From Lytechinus pictus (taxonomy: Eukaryota), in the NCBI RefSeq assembly GCF_037042905.1, contig NC_087245.1:26166001-26230000 (forward strand): DNA of 64,000 bases, read 5' to 3'. Below, piece after piece: positions 1-13,238 of the stretch; positions within the stretch are counted from its first letter, which is position 1, and each line of letters starts with the position of its first letter. Below the pieces are notes generated by a model. That model saw only the letters and a list, made by a program, of their open reading frames with translations, did not search any database and had not been told where the DNA came from. The translations under genes were made by a program, and so were the position numbers.

Positions 1-73
1 TCAGATATGATAGCTTCTCTCGTCACTTTCACCAAATAGCAGTTATTTGCTCATCATGATACCCAATTCCACT

Positions 74-371
74 ATTATAATAATAATATGTCCATTTATA
101 TAGCCCAGTTACTATGTGCATATACTCAACTGCGCTTTGATACTTGGTATCATATTATTTATTACCCCGGCTGTAGCTAAGCCGCCATAATAATAGGCTC
201 TAAAGCGTTCAAGGAATAAATCCTACCGGGTACCCATTCACCTCACCTGGGTCGAGTGCAGCACAATGTTGATAAATTTCTTGCTGAAGGAAATTACGCC
301 ATGGCTGGTATTCGAACCCACGACCCTCTGTTTCAAAGTCCAGAGACTAATCCACTGGGCCACAACGCTCC
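74..371 (-). mobile_element. tRNA-derived SINE, copy 1
   Basis: Minus strand begins GGAGCGTTGTGGCCCAGTGGATTAG (A box)..GGGTTCGAATACC (B box), has core cactcgacccaggtgaggtgaatgggtacc and ends ctatataaat..(att)n; homologous to 17010-17287 and 49150-49454. Confidence 0.88.
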
Positions 372-3300
372 ACGTAGCATTTAATAAACACATGTATGTG
401 ATTGTACATAGATACATGTAATGATGCATATTTCATGAAATGACAAAAGGTGTTATGAGAATGCATTTACCCATTGCTTGATATAATTTGGTTTTCAGTG
501 CAAATTGTTTTTATGACATGCACCTTTAATCCAGCTATATGAATAAGGTACAAACTAATTTTTGAGGTATGAGGTTTAGGGCTGGAATTGCATCTTTGGA
601 TAGTGATAGTTAAGGTTGAATTTAATATATGATAATCATATCCCATTATTACACATGTTTAATCTAAATTACGCAAACACACACACTCACTCAAAAGGCT
701 GGATATATATATTTTTTAATATTAAGATGTTTTAGCACTGTTTATGTGGGAAGTTATTAAAAGTAGAATTTTGCACAAGTTTGGCGATGTATTATCAGTA
801 ATGATATAAACTTATGACATTGTATTGATGTTACCCAGTGTTGTTATGATGTTATATCTTGCTGCAAATTGATTAAGAAATTAAGATACTTTTATTCTTG
901 TAAATTAATTACCCCAAAACTCTACACTTAGGTTTTAAGAATGAAACCTGGTCAAATGACATGAAAGGTGGCTCTTATCCTATATGATAATTTTTTTTAT
1001 CTAGATCTATGTTTTTGCTCCTTTTAATACAATGGCGACTTTCTCAAACTGTAAAGAACATATATTTATATGACATTTTTTGAAGTCAATATCTGCTTCA
1101 TTTAATAATTTAATTGAATATTATAAAATCAATCCTTTTACACAAAGAATAAGAAAGAAAATAATCTCACTAATCTTCGTTAGATCTTAAGTTTGTGAGA
1201 GTTATTTTCTTCGATTTTAATGGGTGTCTTTCATACTGAGCTAATGAGAGAGAAATAAGAGCTATTCCTAAATGTTACAAATTATAAAACTGTAATTTTG
1301 AGTTCTATATTTTTTGTTATGTATATTTCTATATTATATTTTGTATGATGTAATCACTTGATTTACCATAAATTACTATAATTTCTTTAATTTTTGCAGG
1401 TGTAACACCCAGAATACAATTCTTTCAGTCGCAGCAAATGCTTGTAAATAATAAAATTAATGAAAGTACTACATAAAGATTGAATATGATTCAGCATCCA
1501 TTATTTGAGTGTTTGTTGTCTCCCCTCCCCCTTTCAATACCGGTATTATAGTCCTGTAAAATAACGTTCTCTTTATATTTTTTTCACTTTTGCAATTTAC
1601 ATGCATGAATATTGAACGAAAGCCACTCATTTTGAGCAGGCTAATATGAGCGAGAGTGTATAGATGAGTGTAGGGTGTATTTTCTCCAACGTTGTACCTA
1701 ATTTATAGGATCTTTCCTCTTGAATGTGAACCGTCAAAAAAACGTAGATAAAAGATTTTTAAATCATTTTTTCCATCAGCATATTTGTAGATTAAAGTAT
1801 CATAATTATTATTATCATCATAATTAATATAATTTGATTGCAAATTGAAAGAAATTTACTTTTACTTTGTTAAAATACGACGACCTTGGGTACCTCATCT
1901 ATCAAGATCACCAGTCGTGCTCAAGCTTGACCCAATAACATCTTTATGTATCACCATTCTCTAACTCTTAACATGAAATGTGTACCTAAGTTATTTCTAA
2001 AGTATGAATCTTCATGAGATGCATTTCTTTTTCATAAATAACAATTATATGAAGGTTCCAAATTGTGTGTGCAAATAAAAATTGGTACCACCAGTTTTTA
2101 TTCGTTGAACTCAGTGATAGGCATCTATAAACAGATTTATGCACTTTCGTCTAAATCTAGCGCCCTCTCTCTGTACTGTTTTTATTTTTCATTTAAAATA
2201 GCCATATTAGAAAGATACTGAACAAAGATTATATCCTGAAATTATCAGCCCATTCTATTCTTGTGAAGGTGTTTTATTTAAACAAAACAAAAATAGGCAA
2301 ATATTTTATTTTGGTCAGGCACCCTCTCGACTTAAACTCTAATGTAAAGTCGGTAAATTTATTGAATACAAGATTTTTTTTAGTTTGTATCCTTCACACC
2401 GCGATCGTTTTGAGGCACATGCATTAATATAATCTAGTAAAGAAATGGAATAGTGATTTTCTGCTGTACAATATTGGCTTACGCAATACCAATTCACGGT
2501 CACGTTGGTGCATCTGAACTCTGAAGCGGGAGGCAACAGGGTACAAAAATAAAAGAAGTTCCTGCAGCAGAGTCTCGAGAACACCTGTAATCATACCAGA
2601 TTGCGTAATCTTACATTATATCATGTAAAATTACAGGAAATTGGTATTGGTGTATGGAACCTTACAAATTTCCCTAAATAAAACAAAATTTTCCCCTTTT
2701 AAACAGACCTGTTCTGATAAAATTGTAGAAAAATTCCTGTTTTATGAATTTACAGAATGATTCTGTTATTGCTTTCTGCAAAATCTTGTGTTTTTTTCTG
2801 TAAAATATTTTTTTTTAACAGTGTAGAAGTGACAAAAAACCCAACACTTTAATGAGAAGTTGGAATGGGGCGCAATTTACGTGCTTGCTTTGCGGGCTGT
2901 TTTTTTTTTCTTTATTTCTTTTCAAGATACGCCAGTACGTACTCAGTCACTCTCATCTTTAACCGACACACTATACCACACAACCGATTGAATAGAATCA
3001 TAAGGATAACTCTCCAGCATCTTTTATGAGTTATGTGAATTTTTAATGAAATTAATCCTTGCAGTAGAAACCGCATAAAATACAAGACAGCAAGGTAGAT
3101 AGCCTCTATATTATACACCATTAATAGCAAACATATTCATTATTTTGACTATAGGTCACACTTCAAAATAAATATTCAACTTGAATCATTTAACTAAGAT
3201 TAAATGTTTAATTATTTGTGGTAAATATCAAAGTCAGCTAGTGCGCACATTTGAAGAGCATGAATAAAGGGATGAGTAAAATTGTGATTCATTATGAAGC

Positions 3301-5172
3301 TATGTAGTACAACCCATCAATATAAAGCCAAGTCTTGTGTTTTACAATAACTTAATCACAATTATTAATTGATTAACGATATTTTTGGTGAACCTCTTTC
3401 ATTTGATGAAAAAGTTATGAAGATGAATGTATGATACATGACCGAATAAAACAACAGGAAAAAGGTTTCATTGCTACGAAAAGTTGTCTGGCGGGCGATA
3501 TCTTGATTTCAAGGTCATTTCTAGTTATAAGTTCGCCTTCTATCGTTTCAATGCACACCGCAATCGAAAATCAAAATGAGCGAGGAATATCAAAGTTGTT
3601 TGTTTACAAATGCCGCCTGTATTTTCTTAATTTCATCAAATGAACTACTTTTCATTGCTTTTTGCTGCTGCAGCAACAAACATCTGACAATCGAATGACA
3701 GACGACAGTTGTTAAACAAAAACGAAAAGGTGACACATTGTGACAAACAGTATTGTGAAACGCCTTCGATTGATACCATTACAATTAAGTAATCAGAAAT
3801 TCATTACCTCTCAGTCGTTTTGTTTTTAAATCAAGGTATCACTTAGAAGAGCATAAAATGAAATAAAAAAACACACTTTTTCCTTTAAAATTAAGATTTG
3901 ACTCGTCAATTCTTTAATCCTTATTTTTTTATTTCAAATCGCTCTTTCGCACTTATCAGTGAAATATTTATCATATAAGAAGATTCAAACTTTTTAAAGT
4001 GCAGCGTATCAGTAATGTAATTAAATTTTCAGAAAACATCAGTAGTTATCAGTGTCGGATAATTTTTTTTCCATTTTCTTTGATGCACTGTATAACAATA
4101 ATTAAAGTTGACAATTCATGACTTATTTTTTCTTTCATAAATGGAAGCAGCCAATTAAAATTACGTGACTATAGTGCATCCCTCATTTATACACTAAAAT
4201 TACCATACAGTTTTACATATACAAACATTAAATTTTGGTTGAAATGTTACATCACACACAGGTATGCTCGGTTCAATACAATATCTAATCTGTAACGCTG
4301 CATATTTTCATGGCAAGAAAAAAGGTTGAAATTCTGTTCAAAGTCAGAAACTTGTCTACATACTATAAGAGTGAGATTCGAAATGTGTTGTCATCTGAAG
4401 TAATACACGTAATGATATTCAGTATTCTGCCTCTGAAAATGAAACATTCATATACTAATGATCTACAATGATAAAATAGTGAAATTAACAACATCATTAT
4501 TTTCGATCTACCTTTTATCTAGTTTTGTTTTATTCTGCAGCGTATAAACTCTTTCATTTCATCTGTAAAGGTAAATAAACCAGAACGAGGCTGGACTAAC
4601 TATCACCTATGGTGATTATGCCCAAAATTTCATAGGAAACTTGTAAAGAAAATAGATAAACTAATCTAGATGACTGAAGCAAAATGTTTACTATACATTG
4701 CTCATTACACAATCTTATTTGGATCATGTAATATAATATTCTGTTTATTTACCAGAATAATAACAGTTTCATCCCATTCACTTCTTACATCATTTATACC
4801 AGATATGTTGCCAACGAACAAAATATTATTAACTCCCAAAACCCCCTAAATCTTCCGATAAAGTTTAAATGACCGTGTAGGCCTATATTTAAGATCATAG
4901 TTGATTTTCAATCGTTTCCAAAACCCTTGCGGATCAAGACTGATCTACGACATTCTTTACCTTTTCAAATGAAAATTCGCTTCATTAACAGTTCATTTAA
5001 CCTTATACCTGTTATAGACTAAGTGGTATTTTGTTAGACCAAGTGAATATTAGTTAAAATTGGGATAACCTTACTGGAAATGAAATTGTTAGAAAACGAA
5101 TTGGTTGTAGACGACATGTAGGATTAGACCAAATAGAAAGTAGACGAAAAGCTTATATACCAACCGATACTT

Positions 5173-6079
5173 CCCAGGACCAAAATCCAGCTGAAACCAA
5201 TTAGAGCAAAACCAATTGAAACCAGTTGGCCAACTGGTTTCAATAGGGAAATTGGAACAACTGGTTTCAATTTAAACCAGTTGCCAATTGGTTTCAATCG
5301 GTTCCAGTTGAAACCAATCGGTTCCAGTTGAAACCAATTAGGCAACTGCATCTCAGTTGGTTCTAGTTGTTCCAATTTCCCTATTACAATAGAATCCAAT
5401 CGGAGGCAACTGGTTTCAATTGGTTCCAATTGGTTCCAGTTGAAACGAATTGGAGGCAACTGGTTCAGTTGGAATGAACTTATAATTAGTTCCAAATTAA
5501 TTAACATTTGTACTAAAACTATTGCTCATGCTAACACAGAAGCATTGTTATATGTCTATTAATACCAATGTAAAGGGCATTGATAAAATGTAAACTCGTA
5601 TACATATATAGTTATATGGAGGAGCTTCGAATAGATGTATTTGTATTTGATGTAATTTGGTAACAGTTAGTGGTGTACTAATTATCTTTTAATCTATTAT
5701 AATTATAATCTATAATATTAATGAACATGGTTTTCACTGTTAAGTATTCTAAACATTTATCTTTAAAAAGTGTGGTACTTGAAAATGAAAAGAAATGAAT
5801 AGATACATTGTAAATGATGATAAATCACATAAAACATTAATCTGTACACATTGGCAGATAATATGCAAATCAACTGGTTTCAATTGGATCCAGTTGGATA
5901 ACTGGAAAATTTTCCGATTGGAAACAAATTGGAAGTCATTTCCAGTTACCCAACTGGTTCCAGTTGGTTTCAATTGGTAATTGTTATATTATATTCCAGT
6001 TAAAACCAATTGAAACCAGTTGAAACCTATTGAAACCAGTTGGAAATCCAACTGGTTTCAATTGAATTTTGGTCCTGGG
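5173..6079. mobile_element. Non-autonomous CMC/EnSpm-like DNA transposon with ~10-bp subterminal repeats
   Basis: TIR cccaggaccaaaat / attttggtcctggg, 2-bp TT flanks on both sides, many aactggtttc/aattgg repeats in both orientations. Confidence 0.8.
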
Positions 6080-6903
6080 TTGACATGCATTAATATTAGC
6101 TACCCACTGAGTGATATACCCTCTTGGTGCAGCCCCTTAAATATCACTTATTTGCAGTGTTCTCCTCAGCCTCTCTCCCCTGAGGTGTCTCAAAAATAAT
6201 TACACATGCAATATATTCTTATAGTTCCTTCATAATGAAAACAAAAAATACATGGAGTACAAATTTCGAACAAAGGAGAAATTAATCATAAATAAATGAG
6301 TGTATTGCAGATAATGTGGGGATTAGAGCTACATTTTATTGAAAACCTACAAGAGCTTGTTGGAACAGAAAATACCCGATAATCATCTGATAATGAACGA
6401 GGTCATTCGAGGTTGTATATCAGACTCTGTGTAATAGGTATAACGTGGTTTGGGATGGTTGGCATATTAAATTTCAGCATCTGATGAGTCGGCATAATAC
6501 ACCGGACTGGAATTGAGGCCATGATCTGTTTATGAATCCTCGTTGACGGGCAGTATGGGGCGAGGGAGCGAAGCGATGAAGCATATCGCAATTTTCCTCA
6601 TTTAGTTGTAATAATGTGGTACAATGTTTGTCCCATCTCACCTCCTCTCCCTACCAACCCGTATATCATTTTCGGATGAGCTTTACATTTATGGACTGGT
6701 TTCTTCCGTTATCATTTACTAAGAGATATGGAGATATGCTTTGAAATCCTCTTTTAAGTAGACAACCCATTCGTTTGAAATAATTTCATTGCGTTACAGC
6801 TTGCCATGCAGGGCATTATGATAATTCACTGGATTAATGACTGGGATGGCATTGAGGCAAGCGAACAAAAAACTCGATTTACTAGCCGATTCCTTCGTCA
6901 GAG

Positions 6904-6949
6904 CTATCTTCAGTGACTTGGTCTTGTAGAGTTCCAGCTGAGTGTACAG
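6904..6949 (-). repeat. 46-bp duplicate of GPR158-like exon 9 segment (7384-7429)
   Basis: ctatc[t/c]tcag[t/a]ga[c/t]ttggtcttgtagagttccagctgagtgtacag occurs twice, 480 bp apart, with 3 mismatches. Confidence 0.92.
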
Positions 6950-7138
6950 ACCCCTTGGTACACGGTTAATTTGCGATTTCATCTAGTCTTGTTAATATTA
7001 TGGCGGTAAATGGAGATCTTTAGATGATGCTTTTAATAAGATTGGGCCGCAATCATTCATAGCTGTGGTCATTGCTCCTGCAAAATGATGATTTACTAAG
7101 AAAGGTAATTGCCGAATTCATATGTTTCCAGCAAGATG

Positions 7139-7444
7139 TCATGATTGAGGGGACCACTTTTGGTTGACATGCGCATGGACCTCTAAACCGTCGACATGAT
7201 TAGGCCTGTAATCGTGCAGTTCGACGGCCTTCGTCAAGCTCTCGTTGCTCCGAGCAATTTCCGAAGAGAATTCGGATTCCGAGTGACCGCTGTGAGTACG
7301 CAGGCTGTGACCCCGAGAGAATCTACGGGGAGGGCGCCATCTTGGACCACCGGAACGTTTCTTTGAAGGTAGGTGTGGGTTGTCTATCCTCAGAGATTTG
7401 GTCTTGTAGAGTTCCAGCTGAGTGTACAGTCGTTTTAGCTCCTC
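7139..7444 (-). CDS. GPR158-like exon 9 (terminal coding exon); not in ORF track
   Basis: cttccag|EELKRLYTQLELYKTKSLRIDNPHLPSKKRSGG..KWSPQS-TGA. Confidence 0.9.
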   Translation of the reverse strand, partial: EELKRLYTQLELYKTKSLRIDNPHLPSKKRSGGPRWRPPRRFSRGHSLRTHSGHSESEFSSEIARSNESLTKAVELHDYRPNHVDGLEVHAHVNQKWSPQS

Positions 7445-10400
7445 CTGGAAGTGGGGGGGGGGGGGAGAACAGTTATCATGGTTATGATCATGCTAATTCT
7501 ACTAATTGCGAGATATTCTTCAATCAAAACCTTCTGTTTTAATCATAGGCAAGCAAATTTTTGCTGGTGAGATTTTTTTTTTACACCTGCATGAATTCCT
7601 AAAAACATTTTTTTTCTCTCAAATCATTTCCACAAATCATCAGATACTAGTTCATAATTACCCTGGCACATTGTAAAGCCTTCTCATTAGATGTCAAGTC
7701 ATCCTTGCTGCACTGAACTTCAATGTTAGGGCACTTAATTATATACTACATGGTTTTAGACGCTCCAGTCTTATGTTAGTCAGTCACCATCCCGACTTTC
7801 CTATGATGATACAATAATAAAGTCCGAACAATGGTGGAGGATGGACTAAAAGGGGACTGTGCCAGACATCCACACAGGACGCAAGTGGAATGCCTAGCAA
7901 GAAGTTGAGGAAATTGAGTCTCAGCTAGCTGAGGCACAAGGTCATGGTAGGGCCTATGCAAACCAACAGAACGGGCTAGGCAAGAATCCAACCCAGTTTT
8001 TCTTTAAGGCAAGCACGGAAATGAAGCGGAAGATGGTTTCTGACGAAATCCGTCACAAAGGGGAGGAACGTCGTATAGCTAAAGCAGTTGGTCTCGTGTA
8101 GCAGGGAGCTTGGTGTCGATGGGAGGGTGTAGAACCGAGGTTCCTGTCTTGGAACAACACATGGAAAATGGAAACAGACAGACTCAAATTCTTGCTACGA
8201 GCAACTCACGATGTTCTCCCTTCTCGCAATCTGAAGAAGTGGGCCAAGACTGAGAACGAGAATTGATATATAGATGTGGAAAAAAAGGTTCACTAAGGCA
8301 CGTTCTATCTAATTGTCAGATGTCTCTGGTAGAGGCCGATATACATGTACATGGAGGCACAATGAGATCTTGAAAGAATTTGGCAATTCCTTAAATAACA
8401 CCATAGAAAAGCAAAAACCAAACAAAATCATCAAATGCTCCAGTGATGATCTCTTTTGTGAAGGCTGGAACAAGCACTGGATCCAATATGAAAGCTATAG
8501 CTAGACCACATGCAAGTAGGCTCCTTTGTCTAGCAAGAGACTGGCAGTTGGTCTCAGACTTGGATGAGCAGATGACCTTCCCAGTGAGATTGTATCTACC
8601 AACATGCGACCAGGCATGGTAGTCTGGTCAAAGCAATCCACGTCTGTTATCCTCTGTGAGAGGGAAACATAGAGATGGCCCTTGAGTGCAAGACAACAAA
8701 GTATGCCGGACCTATGTCAGAATGCAAGGAGGGGATGGAAGGTAGATTACTATCCAGAGGATATGCTACAAAGTCTCTCCATGCATTTGTTCCTCTCAAG
8801 GATGGGCATTTCGAGCAGAAGGAAGCTGGCTTTGGACTTGATGGAGATTGCTACAAGGTCCTCAGCCTGCATTTGGAACAGATATAAAGCCAATTTACCA
8901 AACGAGCAGCTGGAGGTGGCATCTCGTCCTAATGCTGCTGGCCCGCCTCCTGCCACATCGCCATACAGAGGATAATGGGCCGAAATGGCTGACAGGAGGA
9001 CCTCGACTGAGGATCCAGCTGTTCTGGAGGACATGTCTCTGCACAAGGTGTGTTTCTTTGTGTATCTTTATCTCATGGTTTAAATGAATGGTTTCATTAA
9101 ATAACAGGGATATCATAGACTAAAACGACCCAAAATATTTTTATCATCTCCTTTCTTGGCTTATTTCTATTTTGTCTTTTCTCCTCCCTTTTTCAATACT
9201 TGAAAGATCGCAGGGAGCAGTCGCCCCTTTGCTCCCATGTGACCACGCCCCTGATTGATAGTGATGCAAATCATCATTTTTCCATCTGTATACTTACCCG
9301 TACATCTTCTGCATTAAAATTGTGTTGGTCGGTAGAAGGATTAGACGCTGAATTTTGTTTGAGGAAAGTGGAGTTTTGCCACTTGCTAGCTGCATCGTAT
9401 ACCACTCTAGAGTTGACTCTTTCTCGAAACTCCTCATTGTGTATCAGCTTGTGTAACACTATCAGCTAAAGCGAAGGAAGGGGGTAAATGATCCTGGTCA
9501 GTCCTCAAAATTCATTAACAAAGCTATAGTTTTCATTATAATATGTCATAATTATTATGGTATATTTAATAATGAAGAAAAGATATTGGAAATATTCAAG
9601 TGTTTTTTCTGAGTAGAGCATATAGAATCATACTAAGAATCATTGCTGCTTTTGTCTATAACAAAGGGCTTTTGACTCATTATCTACTTCTTATACACTG
9701 AAAGTGGTGAAATAGAATTCGTTCATTGATTAACATTATATAATTCTATAAATAATTTGTATTTCTGATAACTATACCTGCGTGTGTTTTTGCTGGTGTA
9801 CAGTATAGTATAATATATTTACCTTTGGTATGAAGATAATTGATACCATGACAGTTATTGTTAGTTGAGAATGAATGAAGGTCATTAGAAAAGTCCAGTC
9901 AGGCGGTGTAGTTGACCACAGAAAATGTCTGAAAATTTCAAACAAGATCATAATAAGATGGGGGTCAGATATTTGGACACAGATAACATATCACCTACCT
10001 ATCATCTACATTTTATTTTTCCTCGGGATGTCAGGGATTATAGTCATAAAAATATGAAATAATTATGAAGGTATATAATCTCCGAATATTGCTTTACATT
10101 AAGCATAATATTGTTCATGAAATATTGCTTGCAAAAACTAATTGAAATGGCCGTCTTGTCCAGACAATAAATGGTTCTTCCTTCTTCATATCAAAAGTTC
10201 TTTCATACAAAAAATAAAATACGCACTTATTTTTATATTAGCTAAGATCCGGACCACAGAGGAAATTCATGTAAACGCGCGAATTAATCCCCTCTTTAGG
10301 GGATTTGCCAAAACTTAAAAGAGGTATAAAATTATGAAAATTTTAGTGTAAAAAGTTAGGGTGGATGAAGGCGGAGGCCTCTTACTTTTTTTGTTTTGTT

Positions 10401-13205
10401 GATTACTCACCTTAGCACATGTAGAAAGACAGAAAGTATTGTCTCGTTATAGATGGCTACTGTGATATATCTTGTTTCGTGGAATTCACAGGGAGCTGCT
10501 CTTACCGCATAACATAGGTAGATAGCGAACAGAAGGAATAGGAATTCAACTATACAAAGCAAACAGAGAAAAGAAAAGAAAATGATTATGTAGAATTTAT
10601 TCATTTTCAAACATGCTAATTAATATACTCAATAAATGCCAATAACGCTTCGAAATTTGTAAGGCAGTGTGCATTTGAAATATTTGCGCAGAAACGTACA
10701 TATTATTTCTACTTTTAGATTAAAGTATACAAATCCATTTTTATTTCTAATTCCGAAATTTTGTATTGTAAGTATATTCTACCTTAAATGTTTATTTTCA
10801 TCAATTTATTTATTCCTTTGTTTATTATTATCATTATTATATATATATATATATTATATATATTTTGGGGGATTGGTATTAAAAAAAGAAAATGAACCCG
10901 AGGCTAAATTATTCCATTGATAATGCCTCTTATCATATATCAATTCCTCGGTAAAAGCCTTTTCTCAAATCCATCTTTACATTCATATATACCCTGTTTG
11001 TGGAAATGTACATATTCACCATTTTGTGTTATAATTATTTAAACGCTACACTGACAAAGTTTGCTGTGACTGTATCAATGGTTGTCTGTCGTGACTCTAA
11101 TGATTTTTCTACATCGGAATAAAAGAAAACGAACTGTTTCATTCGTTATTAATCTTCAATCTTTATGATGTGTGAAGGTGTGTTCCGGGGGTGTGTGTGA
11201 TTTTTTACACGGTGTGAGGGTGTGCGTGCGCGAGCACACACAAGAGTGTGGGAGTTTATAGAGACGAAACATTGTCTTTTGAAATAAGTCATTTTCAATG
11301 TCAGCTTTCTGAATGTATCCGACTGTTCTATTCGTGGATATGAGCTGTAAATTCCTGTAGTAAAATGATATCAGATGGGAAATAAAATAATAAATCCTGT
11401 GATTTCAGCTGATTTAGATATTTCTGTTCGCTGCGATATAGCAACACTTGAATCGTGTCGGAAATTTTAGTTTGTCCTTGTGACCTTCACAGATTAGGTC
11501 TTGGTAGAGACACTCGGTTATAGATTAGAGAACATACTGAGCACATTTCAAATCAAGCACGTGATCCAAAGGCTACCACGAGGGGGTGGCGCCATGCTAT
11601 TTTTATGTGGTTGGTATTGTAGAGGTACACGACTAAGACTTCTTTTTAACGCTCTTCTTCCTTTCTTTCTTTCATTAACAATAATAATGACATTAATTGA
11701 TGATGATGATGATGATAAAAACTCGATTCAAAGCACCTTTTCCATATGATACAAAATGCAAACTATTATCATCTTAATAACGATTAACCATCATCATCAT
11801 CATCATCATCATCATAATTTCAATCGCACTTACTGACGTCTATGACGTAATCCCACCATCGTACTTCGCACGTATAGAACTTCATTCCATCCCCGTCCTG
11901 CCCTAAAGCGACGATATCGACGTCACAGTATTGCATACTCTGAACAGAGAATATGGTCCAAGCAGCTAGGTAACCCGAAAGAACTAAGATGATAAGAAGG
12001 AGCCACTTGAGGACATCACGGTCGCGCACTAGAACACGAGTAGCTGATCGGGTTTGGAAAATGGCCAGTTTCCTGAATATAGATCAAAAGTAATATGAGA
12101 AATTCTTAAATTTTGCATACATACACAGTAGAAACGATTTATTATTTATAAAATTTATATTAGAAATTACATTTGTTTTTTATATGTGATGTACACTCCA
12201 AATCTTGCTTTGTCATCACTCACTGGTCTGACTAAATTCCAATAGGGGCTGGTGACCTTATGAGCTGACCAGGCTTGCCCCTTAAATTGTCGGTGAACGG
12301 AGCAGCAAGCCAGAGGGCACCAGGCCCACCAGGATGTAGCTAGAAATTTCAGTGGGTAGGGTGATTCGAAACTGTACTTATTCTTTTTTTTTGTAAATTA
12401 TGTACCCTTTCGTATTTGTAGTAATATAAGATCTCTTTGTTGACTTCGTTTACATCTATATTTATATTTTTTGTTTACATATATATCCAAAGTAACTGTT
12501 GCTGAGCTAGCGCCACCATGAGCGTCTTTGGACTGTTTGTGCGCCCATTAAGACATCACCATTATTATTATTATTATTATTATTATTAATATTATTATTA
12601 TTATTATTATAAATGTGAATAGATGACTGTAATATAATGTCGGTAGGTAGAAGCTACTCCCTTCAGAACCCGTCTTAGAGTTGGGATTGGTTCAGATCTC
12701 AAATCAATTTTTACTTTAATATCATATCAATCAGTTATATACTCTAGAGATACGAGTTAAAATTGAGTTTAGTATTTTTATTTAAATTCATCCGAATATC
12801 TTAAGACGGCGCGAGGTTTAAAAGATGTAAATGATGCGAAATGAACTAGCACTATGCAATGTTTTTCAGGGCTAATTATAATTACACAGTAAAAAAATAG
12901 CACGCTGTTTAAGCCTGTCACTTCAACAACAAGTTGTTTAAACTTTTTAAACAAGTTGTTTAAAAAGTTTAAACAGTTGTTTAAAAGGTTTAAGCAGTTG
13001 TTTAAAAGATTTAAACAAAAGTTGTTAGAGTGACGGGCTTAAACAACGCGCTTAAAATTTAAACAGCGTGTTTACAGTGTATTCTCCTATAGCAGCGAAA
13101 TGATAACCATGATAATGATAACATGAATAATGATATAAATGTAGAAGGCTATAGAATATGATGATGTTGTTGATGATGATGATGATAATAACAACAACAA
13201 CAACG

Positions 13206-13238
<33 letters not shown>

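Noticed and set aside
300..371. tRNA gene (also at ~49383-49454)
   Set aside because: A and B boxes are present but the acceptor stem does not close, and the sequence continues into a shared SINE core and tail
5124..5980. ORFs with repeated NWFQL/KPIG peptides
   Set aside because: Translations of ~10-bp subterminal repeats of a non-autonomous transposon
8675..9116. Several overlapping 70-98-aa ORFs as host genes
   Set aside because: They are fragments or antisense frames of the decayed retrotransposon 3' end
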